Of a stretch of 32,000 bases of DNA, positions 8,689 through 17,223 are shown in pieces; the first letter of the stretch is position 1; every line of letters starts with the position of its first letter. The notes under the pieces were generated by a model. It had not been told where the DNA came from. It saw only the letters and a list, made by a program, of their open reading frames with translations, and ran no database searches. This DNA is from an uncultured archaeon. GTDB taxonomy: Archaea > Asgardarchaeota > Jordiarchaeia > Jordiarchaeales > Jordiarchaeaceae. Made by a program: the position numbers and the translations under genes. The DNA lies in contig CAZECW010000139.1 in the NCBI GenBank assembly GCA_964510585.1, forward strand, positions 1 to 32,000, written 5' to 3'.

Positions 8689-10059
8689 ATGGTTAGAATA
8701 AAAGACATACAGGAAAGAGCTCTAACAGGACCAGTTATGAAGGAGAGAGAATATGATAAAATGCTTTCCAAAAGGGTTCGCGAATTAGTAAAAGACTACG
8801 ACATAAAATTTGACATGAACCAGATTATTCCAGATGACAGTGTGGCTGACGATGTTTTCAAAGCAGGATTCGACCTCCTAATAGACGTAGGCATCTACCA
8901 TCTGGACACTAACAGGAATATAAAATTCACAGAGAACGAAATAAAAGAGATGATTAAAAGCCGTCCCAGTGAGGTAAAATTCGGAACCGGCAAAGACCAA
9001 ATAACAATCAAGAATAGAAAACCCGAGGAAAAGACGAAACCAGTGATAACCACTGGAGGAGGCATTCTCAGCGAAGACATGTTCCTCCCGATAGTAAAAT
9101 CCTGCGCGCAAGAACCTACATGTCAGGGAATTAACGGCTTCAGCTTAATTAGCGCATGGGGCCTAGATAACAAAACGGGAACTCCGGGGGAAATTATGTG
9201 TGCCATAGCTGAGGGATTATGGAACAGGGAAGCTGTAAAAACCGTAGGAAAACCAGGTCTTTATATAGGCTTAGCAGGGGCTAGCGCACTATCACCCGCA
9301 GGAGCCATAGCAGCCTTCCACCCTGACGGGTACACCAAAGAAAACGCGCAGATACCCATACACCTCTTCAACGAACTCAAACTAACTTGGAGCAGATTCA
9401 TACTAGCCACATATGCTCGACTAAACGGTATAGTGCCCTGGACTTCTTACGGTGCGGCCATAGGACTCCTCTTCCGAAATTCTGAGGAGGCATCTGTAGG
9501 AGCCATCGCCGCTCTGCTAGCGGAACTAGCCTATGGGCAGGGGTCCCTCTGTATGGGCGGCGGCATGGGATCAGATGGCATGGTAATGAGAAGAGAGTCC
9601 CTAGCCTCGGGTGCTACTTGCACGTTAGCTTTGACTAATAATCTTCATGTCCCTGTGGGAGGGGTGGGCGGCGGTGGCGGTTACGCAGGACCTTGCACCG
9701 AGATGCGTGTTTACGAAATCGCAATAATAAATCTGATGAGTGTAGCATCAGGAGCCGGCTGGCTCTGGTACAGTGGAACTCTAAGAACATTGATTAACTA
9801 CTGCACTGGTATGGAGGGTAGAATAATGGGTGAAACAGCCCGCGCCATAGCTGGAATGAAAAGAGCCGACGCCAACGAATTAATAAATAAACTCTTACCC
9901 AAAATAGAAGACAAGGAAAACCCGGAAAAAGCACCTATAGGTAAGAGCTTCATGGAATGCTATGATATCAAAACCTTAACTCCATCAAAAGAATACACAG
10001 ACCTCTACGCAAGGGTAAAAAAGGAACTCATAGATTACGGCATAGAGTACGAGTACTAA
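8689..10059 (+). CDS. mtmB: Monomethylamine methyltransferase MtmB homolog without pyrrolysine
   Basis: 456 aa with FKAGFDLLIDVGIYHLDTNR, NELK, AGPCTEM, TGMEGRIMGETARA and KSFMECYDIKTLTPSKEY, all matching MtmB. There is no in-frame TAG. Confidence 0.85.
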   Translation: MVRIKDIQERALTGPVMKEREYDKMLSKRVRELVKDYDIKFDMNQIIPDDSVADDVFKAGFDLLIDVGIYHLDTNRNIKFTENEIKEMIKSRPSEVKFGTGKDQITIKNRKPEEKTKPVITTGGGILSEDMFLPIVKSCAQEPTCQGINGFSLISAWGLDNKTGTPGEIMCAIAEGLWNREAVKTVGKPGLYIGLAGASALSPAGAIAAFHPDGYTKENAQIPIHLFNELKLTWSRFILATYARLNGIVPWTSYGAAIGLLFRNSEEASVGAIAALLAELAYGQGSLCMGGGMGSDGMVMRRESLASGATCTLALTNNLHVPVGGVGGGGGYAGPCTEMRVYEIAIINLMSVASGAGWLWYSGTLRTLINYCTGMEGRIMGETARAIAGMKRADANELINKLLPKIEDKENPEKAPIGKSFMECYDIKTLTPSKEYTDLYARVKKELIDYGIEYEY

Positions 10060-10524
10060 TCGCGCTCCAGCAATCCAAAACTTACACACATCCACCTCTT
10101 TTTTTGCGGTATAATCCCCAAATTAGATTTGTTAGAAAATATAAATCTTTACAAAAATAGGCCTCGCCTGAATCCAAACTATTAATATATGTAAAAGTTT
10201 TTGGTGTAACTCTCTTAATGTTTGAATTTGTGGAGGGTTTTTTACACCTTTTTCTAAAAGTCGTTTTTTCCTCCTTTTTGCTCAAAGAAACCATTTTATG
10301 TCTTCTTTCATAGAGAGACTTTAACTCAAAAAACCCAAACATCCTCCAGTTGAACACATTCCAAAAAAGACTTTTTACACGCCCTCATAAGTTCTAGAAA
10401 TTGATATAAGTTTGGTGCCCTGTCTCTAAACTTAAAGAATTGTTAACCAGGCATCGTCGCAAACCAATTCCCAAAATTTACCTTGAAAATCAAGGAAGGG
10501 TAATATTGTTTGGAGGACTCGAAA

Positions 10525-12507
10525 ATGTTGTTGTTTGACCCCATCAAGATTGGAAGCATGGAGATAAGAAATAGAATATTTTTACCAGCAATGCATTTGG
10601 GCTACTGTGTGAATAACTTTGTGGATGATAGGATTGTTAATTTCTATGAGGCCCGTGCTAAGGGTGGTGCAGGCTTGATTATGGTTGGCGGCTGCGCCAC
10701 TGAGCCTCTGGGAACCGGGTTGCCCAACATGATGAGTTTAAGTGATGACAAATATATTCCGGGTATGAGGAGATTGGCTGAAGCTATAAAGAGGCATGGA
10801 TCTAAAGCTGCTGTTCAACTTTTACATGTGGGTCCACAGACTTGGACTTTTATTCTTGGCACTCAGCCTGTTTCTGCCTCAGCCATAAAGTGTAAGCTGA
10901 CTGGTGAAATGCCCCGGGAGATGACTATTCAGGAAATTGAGCAGAGTGTTGAGAATTTTGCTTTAGCGGCAAAGAGGGCTAAGAGTGCTGGATTTGATGC
11001 TGTTGAAATCATTGGGGGAGTGGGCTATTTGGTGGCTCGCTTCTTATCGCCAAGAACCAATGTGCGAAAGGATCGGTATGGGGGAAGCGTTCAGGGAAGA
11101 GTCAGGTTTGCAGTAGAGATTATTGAACGTATTAAGGAGAAGTTGGGCAGAGACTTTCCCGTGATTTTTAAGCTTTCTGGCGACGAGTTTATGGAGGGTG
11201 GAAACACCATTGAAGAAACTAAGGTTATCGCAAAGGAACTTGAGAAGGCTGGTGCCGACTGTTTTAATGTGGCTGTGGCTTGGCATGAATCCCCTGTCCC
11301 TCAAATCACCATGAATGTTCCAAGGGGCGCCTTTGCCTATCTCGCCGAGAAGGTTCGCGAGGTGGTAAGCGTCCCTGTTATTGCAGGAAACAGGATTAAC
11401 GACCCCCTTGTTGCTGAGAAGATTTTGAGGGAGGGCAAGGCAGACATCATCTCTCTAGGTAGAGCGCTCATCGCGGATCCCGAATTTCCAATAAAGGCTA
11501 AGGAGGGAAGATTTGCGGAGATCAGGAAATGCTTGGCGTGTAACCAGGGATGCTTTGATCATGTATTCTCAGCTCAACCAGTGGAGTGCCTAGTCAACCC
11601 TGATGTTTCAAGGGAAGCGGAGTACCAAATTAAACCTGCAGCAAAAAGAAAGAAAGTTTTGATTGCTGGAGGCGGTCCTGCAGGTATGGAGACTGCAAGA
11701 GTTGCTAAACTTAGGGGACATGATGTAACCCTCTATGAGAAGAGCGACAGGCTTGGAGGACAGCTGAGCTGGGCTGCGGTTCCTAAGGAAAGAAGGGAAT
11801 TGGGAAACCTTGTAGATTACCTAGCGTACCAGATGCAGTTACTAAATGTTAATGTAGTTTTGGGGAAGGAGGTTACCCCAGAAGTTGTTAAACAGTTGAA
11901 CCCGGATGTACTGGTTGTAGCCACGGGAGTAAACTGGATTGTACCGGATATACCGGGCGTTGATAGGCCCAATGTGGTAATGGCTCTAGACGTATTGGCT
12001 GATAGGGTGTCCGTTGGCAAAAAAGTGGTAATTATTGGAGGTGGTGGCGTGGGCTGCGAAACCGGGCTTTACCTTGCGGAGAAGGGTTCCATAGATGCAG
12101 AAACCATGCTCTTCCTTGTTAAATGGGGAGCTATGGATCTTGAGAGCGCCTACAAGCTGACTAAGAGCAATAAGGAAATTGTGATAGTGGAAATGCTGGA
12201 CAAAATGGGACAGGATATTGGGGGTAGTACTCGCTGGACAATACTGAAAAGCCTTTCCCAAAGTGGAGTGAAAATGCTAACAAACTCCAAGGTAAAAGAA
12301 ATAACCGAGAAGGGTGTAAAGCTGGATAATGGGGATGTCTTGGAAGCCGACACCGTTGTTATAGCAGTTGGATCAAAGCAGAACAATGAACTCTTCGAAA
12401 AAATGAGGGGCAAAGTCCCAGAAATCTATGCGGTGGGAGACTGCGTAACTCCCAGAAAAGCCATGGACGCAATGCACGAAGCGGCAGCAGTAGCCAGAAA
12501 AATATAA
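10525..12507 (+). CDS. fadH: NADH:flavin oxidoreductase / 2,4-dienoyl-CoA reductase (FadH-like: OYE barrel, 4Fe-4S, FAD/NAD domain)
   Basis: Motifs GYLVARFLSPRTN (catalytic Tyr position), AWHES (His position), CLACNQGC...C (Fe-S), GGGPAG and GGGGVG. ATG at 10525 follows GGAGG. Confidence 0.75.
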   Translation: MLLFDPIKIGSMEIRNRIFLPAMHLGYCVNNFVDDRIVNFYEARAKGGAGLIMVGGCATEPLGTGLPNMMSLSDDKYIPGMRRLAEAIKRHGSKAAVQLLHVGPQTWTFILGTQPVSASAIKCKLTGEMPREMTIQEIEQSVENFALAAKRAKSAGFDAVEIIGGVGYLVARFLSPRTNVRKDRYGGSVQGRVRFAVEIIERIKEKLGRDFPVIFKLSGDEFMEGGNTIEETKVIAKELEKAGADCFNVAVAWHESPVPQITMNVPRGAFAYLAEKVREVVSVPVIAGNRINDPLVAEKILREGKADIISLGRALIADPEFPIKAKEGRFAEIRKCLACNQGCFDHVFSAQPVECLVNPDVSREAEYQIKPAAKRKKVLIAGGGPAGMETARVAKLRGHDVTLYEKSDRLGGQLSWAAVPKERRELGNLVDYLAYQMQLLNVNVVLGKEVTPEVVKQLNPDVLVVATGVNWIVPDIPGVDRPNVVMALDVLADRVSVGKKVVIIGGGGVGCETGLYLAEKGSIDAETMLFLVKWGAMDLESAYKLTKSNKEIVIVEMLDKMGQDIGGSTRWTILKSLSQSGVKMLTNSKVKEITEKGVKLDNGDVLEADTVVIAVGSKQNNELFEKMRGKVPEIYAVGDCVTPRKAMDAMHEAAAVARKI

Positions 12508-12620
12508 ATTACAGATAGTAGGCAGAACTCTTCCAAAGCCAAAATACCTTTGCAGATATTTTGGGGTTGAAGCTGTAAAGTTACCCAAAGATTAATATCT
12601 ATGAAGGCATTAATAACCCA

Positions 12621-12809
12621 CTTATAACCATATTTCGCAGATTCTGCGAAGCTATTTGGGCGATTGTGATTCTCCCGTGTGGTTTTGGGTGTGTGGCTGC
12701 GCTTTTCACCAACCCCACACCCTCATTTTCTCAAAAACTGGAAGCGTGGTAATAAAAGCTTTGCAACTCCACTAAAGAATTCCCAAATCTGCGAAAAATG
12801 GGTTATAAG
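12621..12809. promoter_or_regulatory. Inverted-repeat pair containing TATA boxes, plus a 17-bp palindrome, upstream of BKACE-1
   Basis: 12621-12643 (cttataaccatatttcgcagatt) matches the reverse complement of 12786-12809 (cttataacccatttttcgcagatt) with 1 gap and 1 mismatch. A perfect TTCGCAGA-T-TCTGCGAA palindrome lies at 12634-12650. TTATAAG (12803-12809) is ~25 nt before the start codon. Confidence 0.6.
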
Positions 12810-12833
12810 AGTTAATTTCGGAGCGTGAAATAT

Positions 12834-13784
12834 GTGTCTGTCTTAACTGCTTGGAGAGAAAAATGTATCATAACCTGTGCCCTTACGGGATCCGCTACTT
12901 TTCCCTCCCAGACACCCTACCTACCCATAACACCGGACCAGATATCTGACGAGGCAAAAAAGGCCTGCGACGCAGGCGCAGCAGTAGTCCACGTCCACGT
13001 GAGAGACCCCAAAACCGGCATGCCCACAGCCGACCTAGGCGTGTGGAGAGAAACCCTAACAAAAATAAAGTCAAAAACAGACGTAATAGTCTGCTGCACA
13101 ACAGGAGGGGGAGCCGGAATGACCCCCGAACAAAGAATAGCGGTGGTTCCAGAATTCAAGCCAGAAATGTGCTCCTTCAACGTGGAATCAATGAACTTCG
13201 CAGTATTCCCCATAGCGGAAAGAATTAAGGAGTGGAAATATCCCTGGGAAAAACCAGTAGTGGAAATGAGTAAGGGACTGATTTTCCAGAACAGCTTCAA
13301 AGACCTCGAAGTATTCTCCAAAACAATGTATGAAAACAACGTTAAACCCGAACTTGAGATTTATAGCACGAGTGGCATCTGGAATGCGGGAGCCATGCTC
13401 CGCTTTGGATGGCTTAAATTCCCCCTGCACATGCAATTCGTCCTAGGGGTGCTCGGGGGCACAGGAAACACACCATGGGAACTAATACACTTCTATGACG
13501 AAGCCGCCCGACTCTTCGGCACGCAAAACTTCACCTGGTCAGTGATCGGAATCGGGTACCCAAGAGAGTTCCACTTGGGAGCCATGGCGGCAATAATGGG
13601 AGGACATATAAGAGTTGGGCTAGAGGACAACATTTACATAGCCCATAGAGAGTTGGCCAAGAGCAATGCAGAACTAGTCGCCAAGATGGTTAGGATAGTC
13701 AATGAACTGGGAAGAGATGTGGCCTCACCTGACGAAGCAAGGAAAATGCTGGGACTAAAAGGACTGGACAAGGTCAACTACTAA
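12834..13784 (+). CDS. Beta-keto acid cleavage enzyme (BKACE / Kce / DUF849 family), copy 1
   Basis: Motifs ITCALTG, PITPDQI, HVHVRD (Zn His pair), TTGG, KPELEIY and GGHIRVGLEDN. The GTG start at 12834 aligns with the paralog start. Confidence 0.9.
   Translation: MSVLTAWREKCIITCALTGSATFPSQTPYLPITPDQISDEAKKACDAGAAVVHVHVRDPKTGMPTADLGVWRETLTKIKSKTDVIVCCTTGGGAGMTPEQRIAVVPEFKPEMCSFNVESMNFAVFPIAERIKEWKYPWEKPVVEMSKGLIFQNSFKDLEVFSKTMYENNVKPELEIYSTSGIWNAGAMLRFGWLKFPLHMQFVLGVLGGTGNTPWELIHFYDEAARLFGTQNFTWSVIGIGYPREFHLGAMAAIMGGHIRVGLEDNIYIAHRELAKSNAELVAKMVRIVNELGRDVASPDEARKMLGLKGLDKVNY
12896..13102 (+). repeat. Near-identical 207-bp tract shared with 14267-14473
   Basis: Direct comparison gives 206/207 identical bases (only gagacccc vs gagaccct differs). 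The rest of the two genes has many synonymous differences. Confidence 0.9.
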
Positions 13785-13820
13785 AAAAACAGCCGCCTTT
13801 CTTCTTTTTTGCTGTTTTTT
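13784..13820 (+). terminator. Hairpin/U-tract terminator after BKACE-1
   Basis: A 10-bp inverted repeat (aaaaaacagc ... gctgtttttt) with T-rich tracts lies immediately after the stop codon. Confidence 0.55.
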
Positions 13821-14204
13821 ATGAAAACTGTCAGTATTTAGAACAACAGTTGAAAGTCTTTTTGGAGGCGGAGGCTCTACAAACATGTCGCAATAAAAGC
13901 AAAACCCATGGTGTTCTTACCAGTTTTCCTATTGAAGGGATTAGTCTGAAGCCCAATTAATTCCTATAAGAGTTCTCTGATGCAACCCCTAATTTTCCAT
14001 ACAAGCGTCTTATGAAACCATCACTCTTGCCCTGTTGATAGATTTTACAATTCGCGTAGAACAAGGGGGAAGAGATTTTCGGGTAATGCGGTGAATGATT
14101 ACTTTGAGGAGCCAGCAAAAGTTCGATGCAAGGTACCAATAAATTAATATTTGTCATATTCTTCTAAAAATATGGGTTGGAAGAATTTTTGGAGGTGTGA
14201 AGAA

Positions 14205-15173
14205 ATGTCATTTTTAACTGCTTGGAGAGAAAAATGTATCATAACCTGTGCCCTAACTGGGTCAGTTACTTTTCCCTCCCAGACACCCTACCTACCCATA
14301 ACACCGGACCAGATATCTGACGAGGCAAAAAAGGCCTGCGACGCAGGCGCAGCAGTAGTCCACGTCCACGTGAGAGACCCTAAAACCGGCATGCCCACAG
14401 CCGACCTAGGCGTGTGGAGAGAAACCCTAACAAAAATAAAGTCAAAAACAGACGTAATAGTCTGCTGCACAACTGGGGGAGGAGCAGGAATGACAGCCCA
14501 GCAGAGAATAGCGGTGGTTCCAGAATTCAAGCCAGAAATGTGCTCCTTCAACGTAGAATCAATGAACTTTTCAGTGTTCCCACTCGCAGAGAGAATAAAG
14601 GAGTGGAAAACTGACTGGGAAAAGCCCCTAGTAGAGTGGAGTAAGGGAATGATCTTCCAGAACTCATTTGCAGACCTTGAAGTGTTTGCCAAAACTATGT
14701 ATGAAAACAATGTTAAACCGGAACTTGAGATTTACAGCAGCAGTGGCGTCTGGAACGCGGGTGCTATGCTCCGCTTTGGATGGCTTAAATTCCCCCTACA
14801 CATACAATTCGTCCTAGGAGTATTGGGAGGAACGGGCAACACACCCTTTGAATTGATGCACCTTTACAACGAGGCTAGCCGACTCTTCGGCACACAAAAC
14901 TTCACTTGGTCAGTAATCGGAATAGGATACCCGCAAGAATTCCACCTAGGAGCGATGGCGGCAATAATGGGAGGCCACATAAGAGTGGGCATGGAAGACA
15001 ACATTTATGTGGGTTACGACCCCGTGAAGAAGGAGCGTATACTTGCAAAGAGCAACGCTGAACTGGTTGCAAAGATGGTTAAGATAGTTAACGAATTGGG
15101 AAGAGATGTAGCTTCACCTGACGAAGCAAGGAAAATGTTGGGACTAAAGGGATTAGACAAGGTCAACTACTAA
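14205..15173 (+). CDS. Beta-keto acid cleavage enzyme (BKACE / Kce / DUF849 family), copy 2
   Basis: Same motifs as copy 1. ATG at 14205 follows GGAGGTGTGA. It carries a short insertion (YVGYDPVKKERILAKSN) relative to copy 1. Confidence 0.9.
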   Translation: MSFLTAWREKCIITCALTGSVTFPSQTPYLPITPDQISDEAKKACDAGAAVVHVHVRDPKTGMPTADLGVWRETLTKIKSKTDVIVCCTTGGGAGMTAQQRIAVVPEFKPEMCSFNVESMNFSVFPLAERIKEWKTDWEKPLVEWSKGMIFQNSFADLEVFAKTMYENNVKPELEIYSSSGVWNAGAMLRFGWLKFPLHIQFVLGVLGGTGNTPFELMHLYNEASRLFGTQNFTWSVIGIGYPQEFHLGAMAAIMGGHIRVGMEDNIYVGYDPVKKERILAKSNAELVAKMVKIVNELGRDVASPDEARKMLGLKGLDKVNY

Positions 15174-15243
15174 AGACAATATACGCTCCCCCTTTTTTAT
15201 TGGTAAAAAAAGAGAGTTTAATTGTTTCGAAGAAAGCCACTGA

Positions 15244-16029
15244 TTATAGTTCCCTTAGGGTTCCTTTTAGGTCTATTCGGGTTCTTATTACTTGGAGTTC
15301 TTCTTTTGTGGGTGGCTCTGTTTCTGGAACGTCATCTGGAATTATGAGTTGGAATCCAGTGTTGTTTTTAACCTCTTCGATCGATACTCCTGGGTGTACT
15401 GATTTTAGGCGCATTCTTTTGGTCTTTTCTTCGAAGTCCATTATACAGAGAGGTGTTAATACATATTTGGGGCCTCCTCCAGGTAGGCCTAGTTTTTTTC
15501 TGGAGTTTCCCCCGTCTCCCCAGCCTACGGCGGTTATGTATTCGCATTTGTCCACGAAAATCATTGGGTGGTGCCTCTCAGAGTAGATATAGTAGCGGCC
15601 CACGTAGGTTGTTATTGTTGATTGTCCAATGGCGCCTGGTCCTCGGAACATCAATTTTGGGTACTGTCCGCCAATGCCGAGCAGGTTTATGTTTCCATAT
15701 TTGTCTATTTGGAGGCCTCCGAAGAAGCTGACATCATACCTTCTTATAGTATCCCAGAGGTGCTCATATTCTGGTACTTCTTCGCAGTATTTGAATCCAG
15801 AGTAGTCTGTGACGAATTCAAAACTTTCTATTTGTTTCACGTCTGAGAAGTTGGCGCGGTAAAACTGTAGCCAGCGCATGTTTGGTGCGTGTGTTAGGTG
15901 TGCGAGGAGTACGCCTGCTCTACACGCGGGTAGGTTGGCTCCTATTAGTACTGTTTCGCCGTCTTTGATTTCTCGGGAGATGAAAGCAGCTAGGAGCTCT
16001 CTTATTGAGTAATCTTTGTTTCTGCTCAA
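15244..16029 (-). CDS. Class I CoA-transferase-fold beta subunit (GctB/IpdB-like) lacking the canonical catalytic Glu
   Basis: Motifs GGLQIDKYGNIN, GPGAIG, RKKLGLPGGGPKYVLT and NTGFQL. THAPNMRWLQF56YR replaces the usual APxxxxxxESG. Confidence 0.8.
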   Translation of the reverse strand: MSRNKDYSIRELLAAFISREIKDGETVLIGANLPACRAGVLLAHLTHAPNMRWLQFYRANFSDVKQIESFEFVTDYSGFKYCEEVPEYEHLWDTIRRYDVSFFGGLQIDKYGNINLLGIGGQYPKLMFRGPGAIGQSTITTYVGRYYIYSERHHPMIFVDKCEYITAVGWGDGGNSRKKLGLPGGGPKYVLTPLCIMDFEEKTKRMRLKSVHPGVSIEEVKNNTGFQLIIPDDVPETEPPTKEELQVIRTRIDLKGTLREL

Positions 16030-16042
16030 TTTTTTTCACCTT

Positions 16043-16933
16043 CTACCATCTGTATAGAGAGAGGAGTTTCTTCATACCGATTACTTCAAGATACTCTTCG
16101 TGTGAATTTGGTTCAAGGATGTATTTTTTGAGGTACTGGTTGAAGGGCTCAGGGTTTCCCTTTGTGTAAGCCTTGGCCGCCTCCACGTACTCTTTGAGGT
16201 GTTCCCTGTCTAAATCGTAGAATCCATCGCTTGAGAAGGGGTGGGAACCATATGGGGTGGGCACCACCGCATCAACCCCGTAAATCTTTGTTAGGTGTGG
16301 GTTTCTCTTTATGTCTTCGTTAGAAACCACTTTTTCTACTTGAAAGACGCATTTTTTGGAGGCTCTCGCCATTAGAATGTCTGCGTAGGTGTTTCCCACG
16401 TACTGTATGTTGCCATATGGGTCGCTCCAGGATGCGTGAAGTATGGCTACGTCGAGTTCCAGTGCGGGGACAGCTAGCAATGTTTGTCCCTTTATGGGGT
16501 CTTGGAAGTATTTTAGATCGGGGTTAATGTCGGGCAGGCAGGTGCCAACGCCGCCTAGCCAGGGTAGGAAAGGTAGCCCCTCGGCCGCGGCTCTTAGTGC
16601 GGTGCATAGGATTGCTTCGTCGCACTCCCACATTTGAATGGTGCCGTCCACTACTGCTTTTCGGAAGAATGGACCTATGGGTGCGAGTGATTCTCCTCCC
16701 ACGTAAGCAGTGGCCACCTTCTTTGCGACACCCGCTCCGATCATCAAGTCAATTTCTAGTCCCGCTGCGGGTGAGCCTACTACTGTCAGGTTTTTTACAC
16801 CGTTCTTAATGATTTGGCGAATTATGGCCATGGGGTGATTTGCAGTTAGAAGGCCCCCGATGCCTACGGTCATACCGTCCTTTATCATTGAGGCTGCCTC
16901 TCTTACACTCATAATGACTTCTTTTCTGGTCAT
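16043..16933 (-). CDS. Class I CoA-transferase-fold alpha subunit (GctA/IpdA-like)
   Basis: Motifs IKDGMTVGIGG, HPMAIIRQ, ECDEAILCTALRAAAEGLPFLP, DVAILHASWSDPYGN and PYGSHP. Confidence 0.85.
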   Translation of the reverse strand: MTRKEVIMSVREAASMIKDGMTVGIGGLLTANHPMAIIRQIIKNGVKNLTVVGSPAAGLEIDLMIGAGVAKKVATAYVGGESLAPIGPFFRKAVVDGTIQMWECDEAILCTALRAAAEGLPFLPWLGGVGTCLPDINPDLKYFQDPIKGQTLLAVPALELDVAILHASWSDPYGNIQYVGNTYADILMARASKKCVFQVEKVVSNEDIKRNPHLTKIYGVDAVVPTPYGSHPFSSDGFYDLDREHLKEYVEAAKAYTKGNPEPFNQYLKKYILEPNSHEEYLEVIGMKKLLSLYRW

Positions 16934-16980
16934 GATAACACCAGCTTCAGATGCTGTTAAAACCCGATATGTGGAATTAG

Positions 16981-16988
16981 CTTATAAA
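16981..16988 (-). promoter_or_regulatory. TATA box of the CoA-transferase-fold operon
   Basis: TTTATAAG on the minus strand, 48 nt upstream of the start at 16933. Confidence 0.5.
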
Positions 16989-17223
16989 TAAAAGCCCAAA
17001 AAATAAAGGATAAAACTAATTTTAGTTAACTCTGATCATTTGGGACGAAATTTACCGACCGACTTCCACAAATGTCCACCGATATGGCGGAAAAGTGAAC
17101 CTGTCTGGGTAGCGACCTGAATTATTTTGGTTAATTGTATGGTGTTCGGCTAATCGCTAGTGCTATTTGTGGAAAGGTTTGCATAGGATTCAGAAGTTAC
17201 TCATATGGTAAAGTTTTGGCGCA

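Noticed and set aside
10082-10357. 91-aa intergenic minus-strand ORF
   Set aside because: It lies in an AT-rich terminator/promoter region with low-complexity composition and no motif.
13957-14157. 66-aa ORF between the BKACE copies, as a possible transposase remnant
   Set aside because: I recognise no transposase motif, terminal repeats or RBS.
17064-17174. 10-bp inverted repeat ttccacaaat / atttgtggaa
   Set aside because: It does not extend on either side and is short enough to arise by chance in AT-rich DNA.
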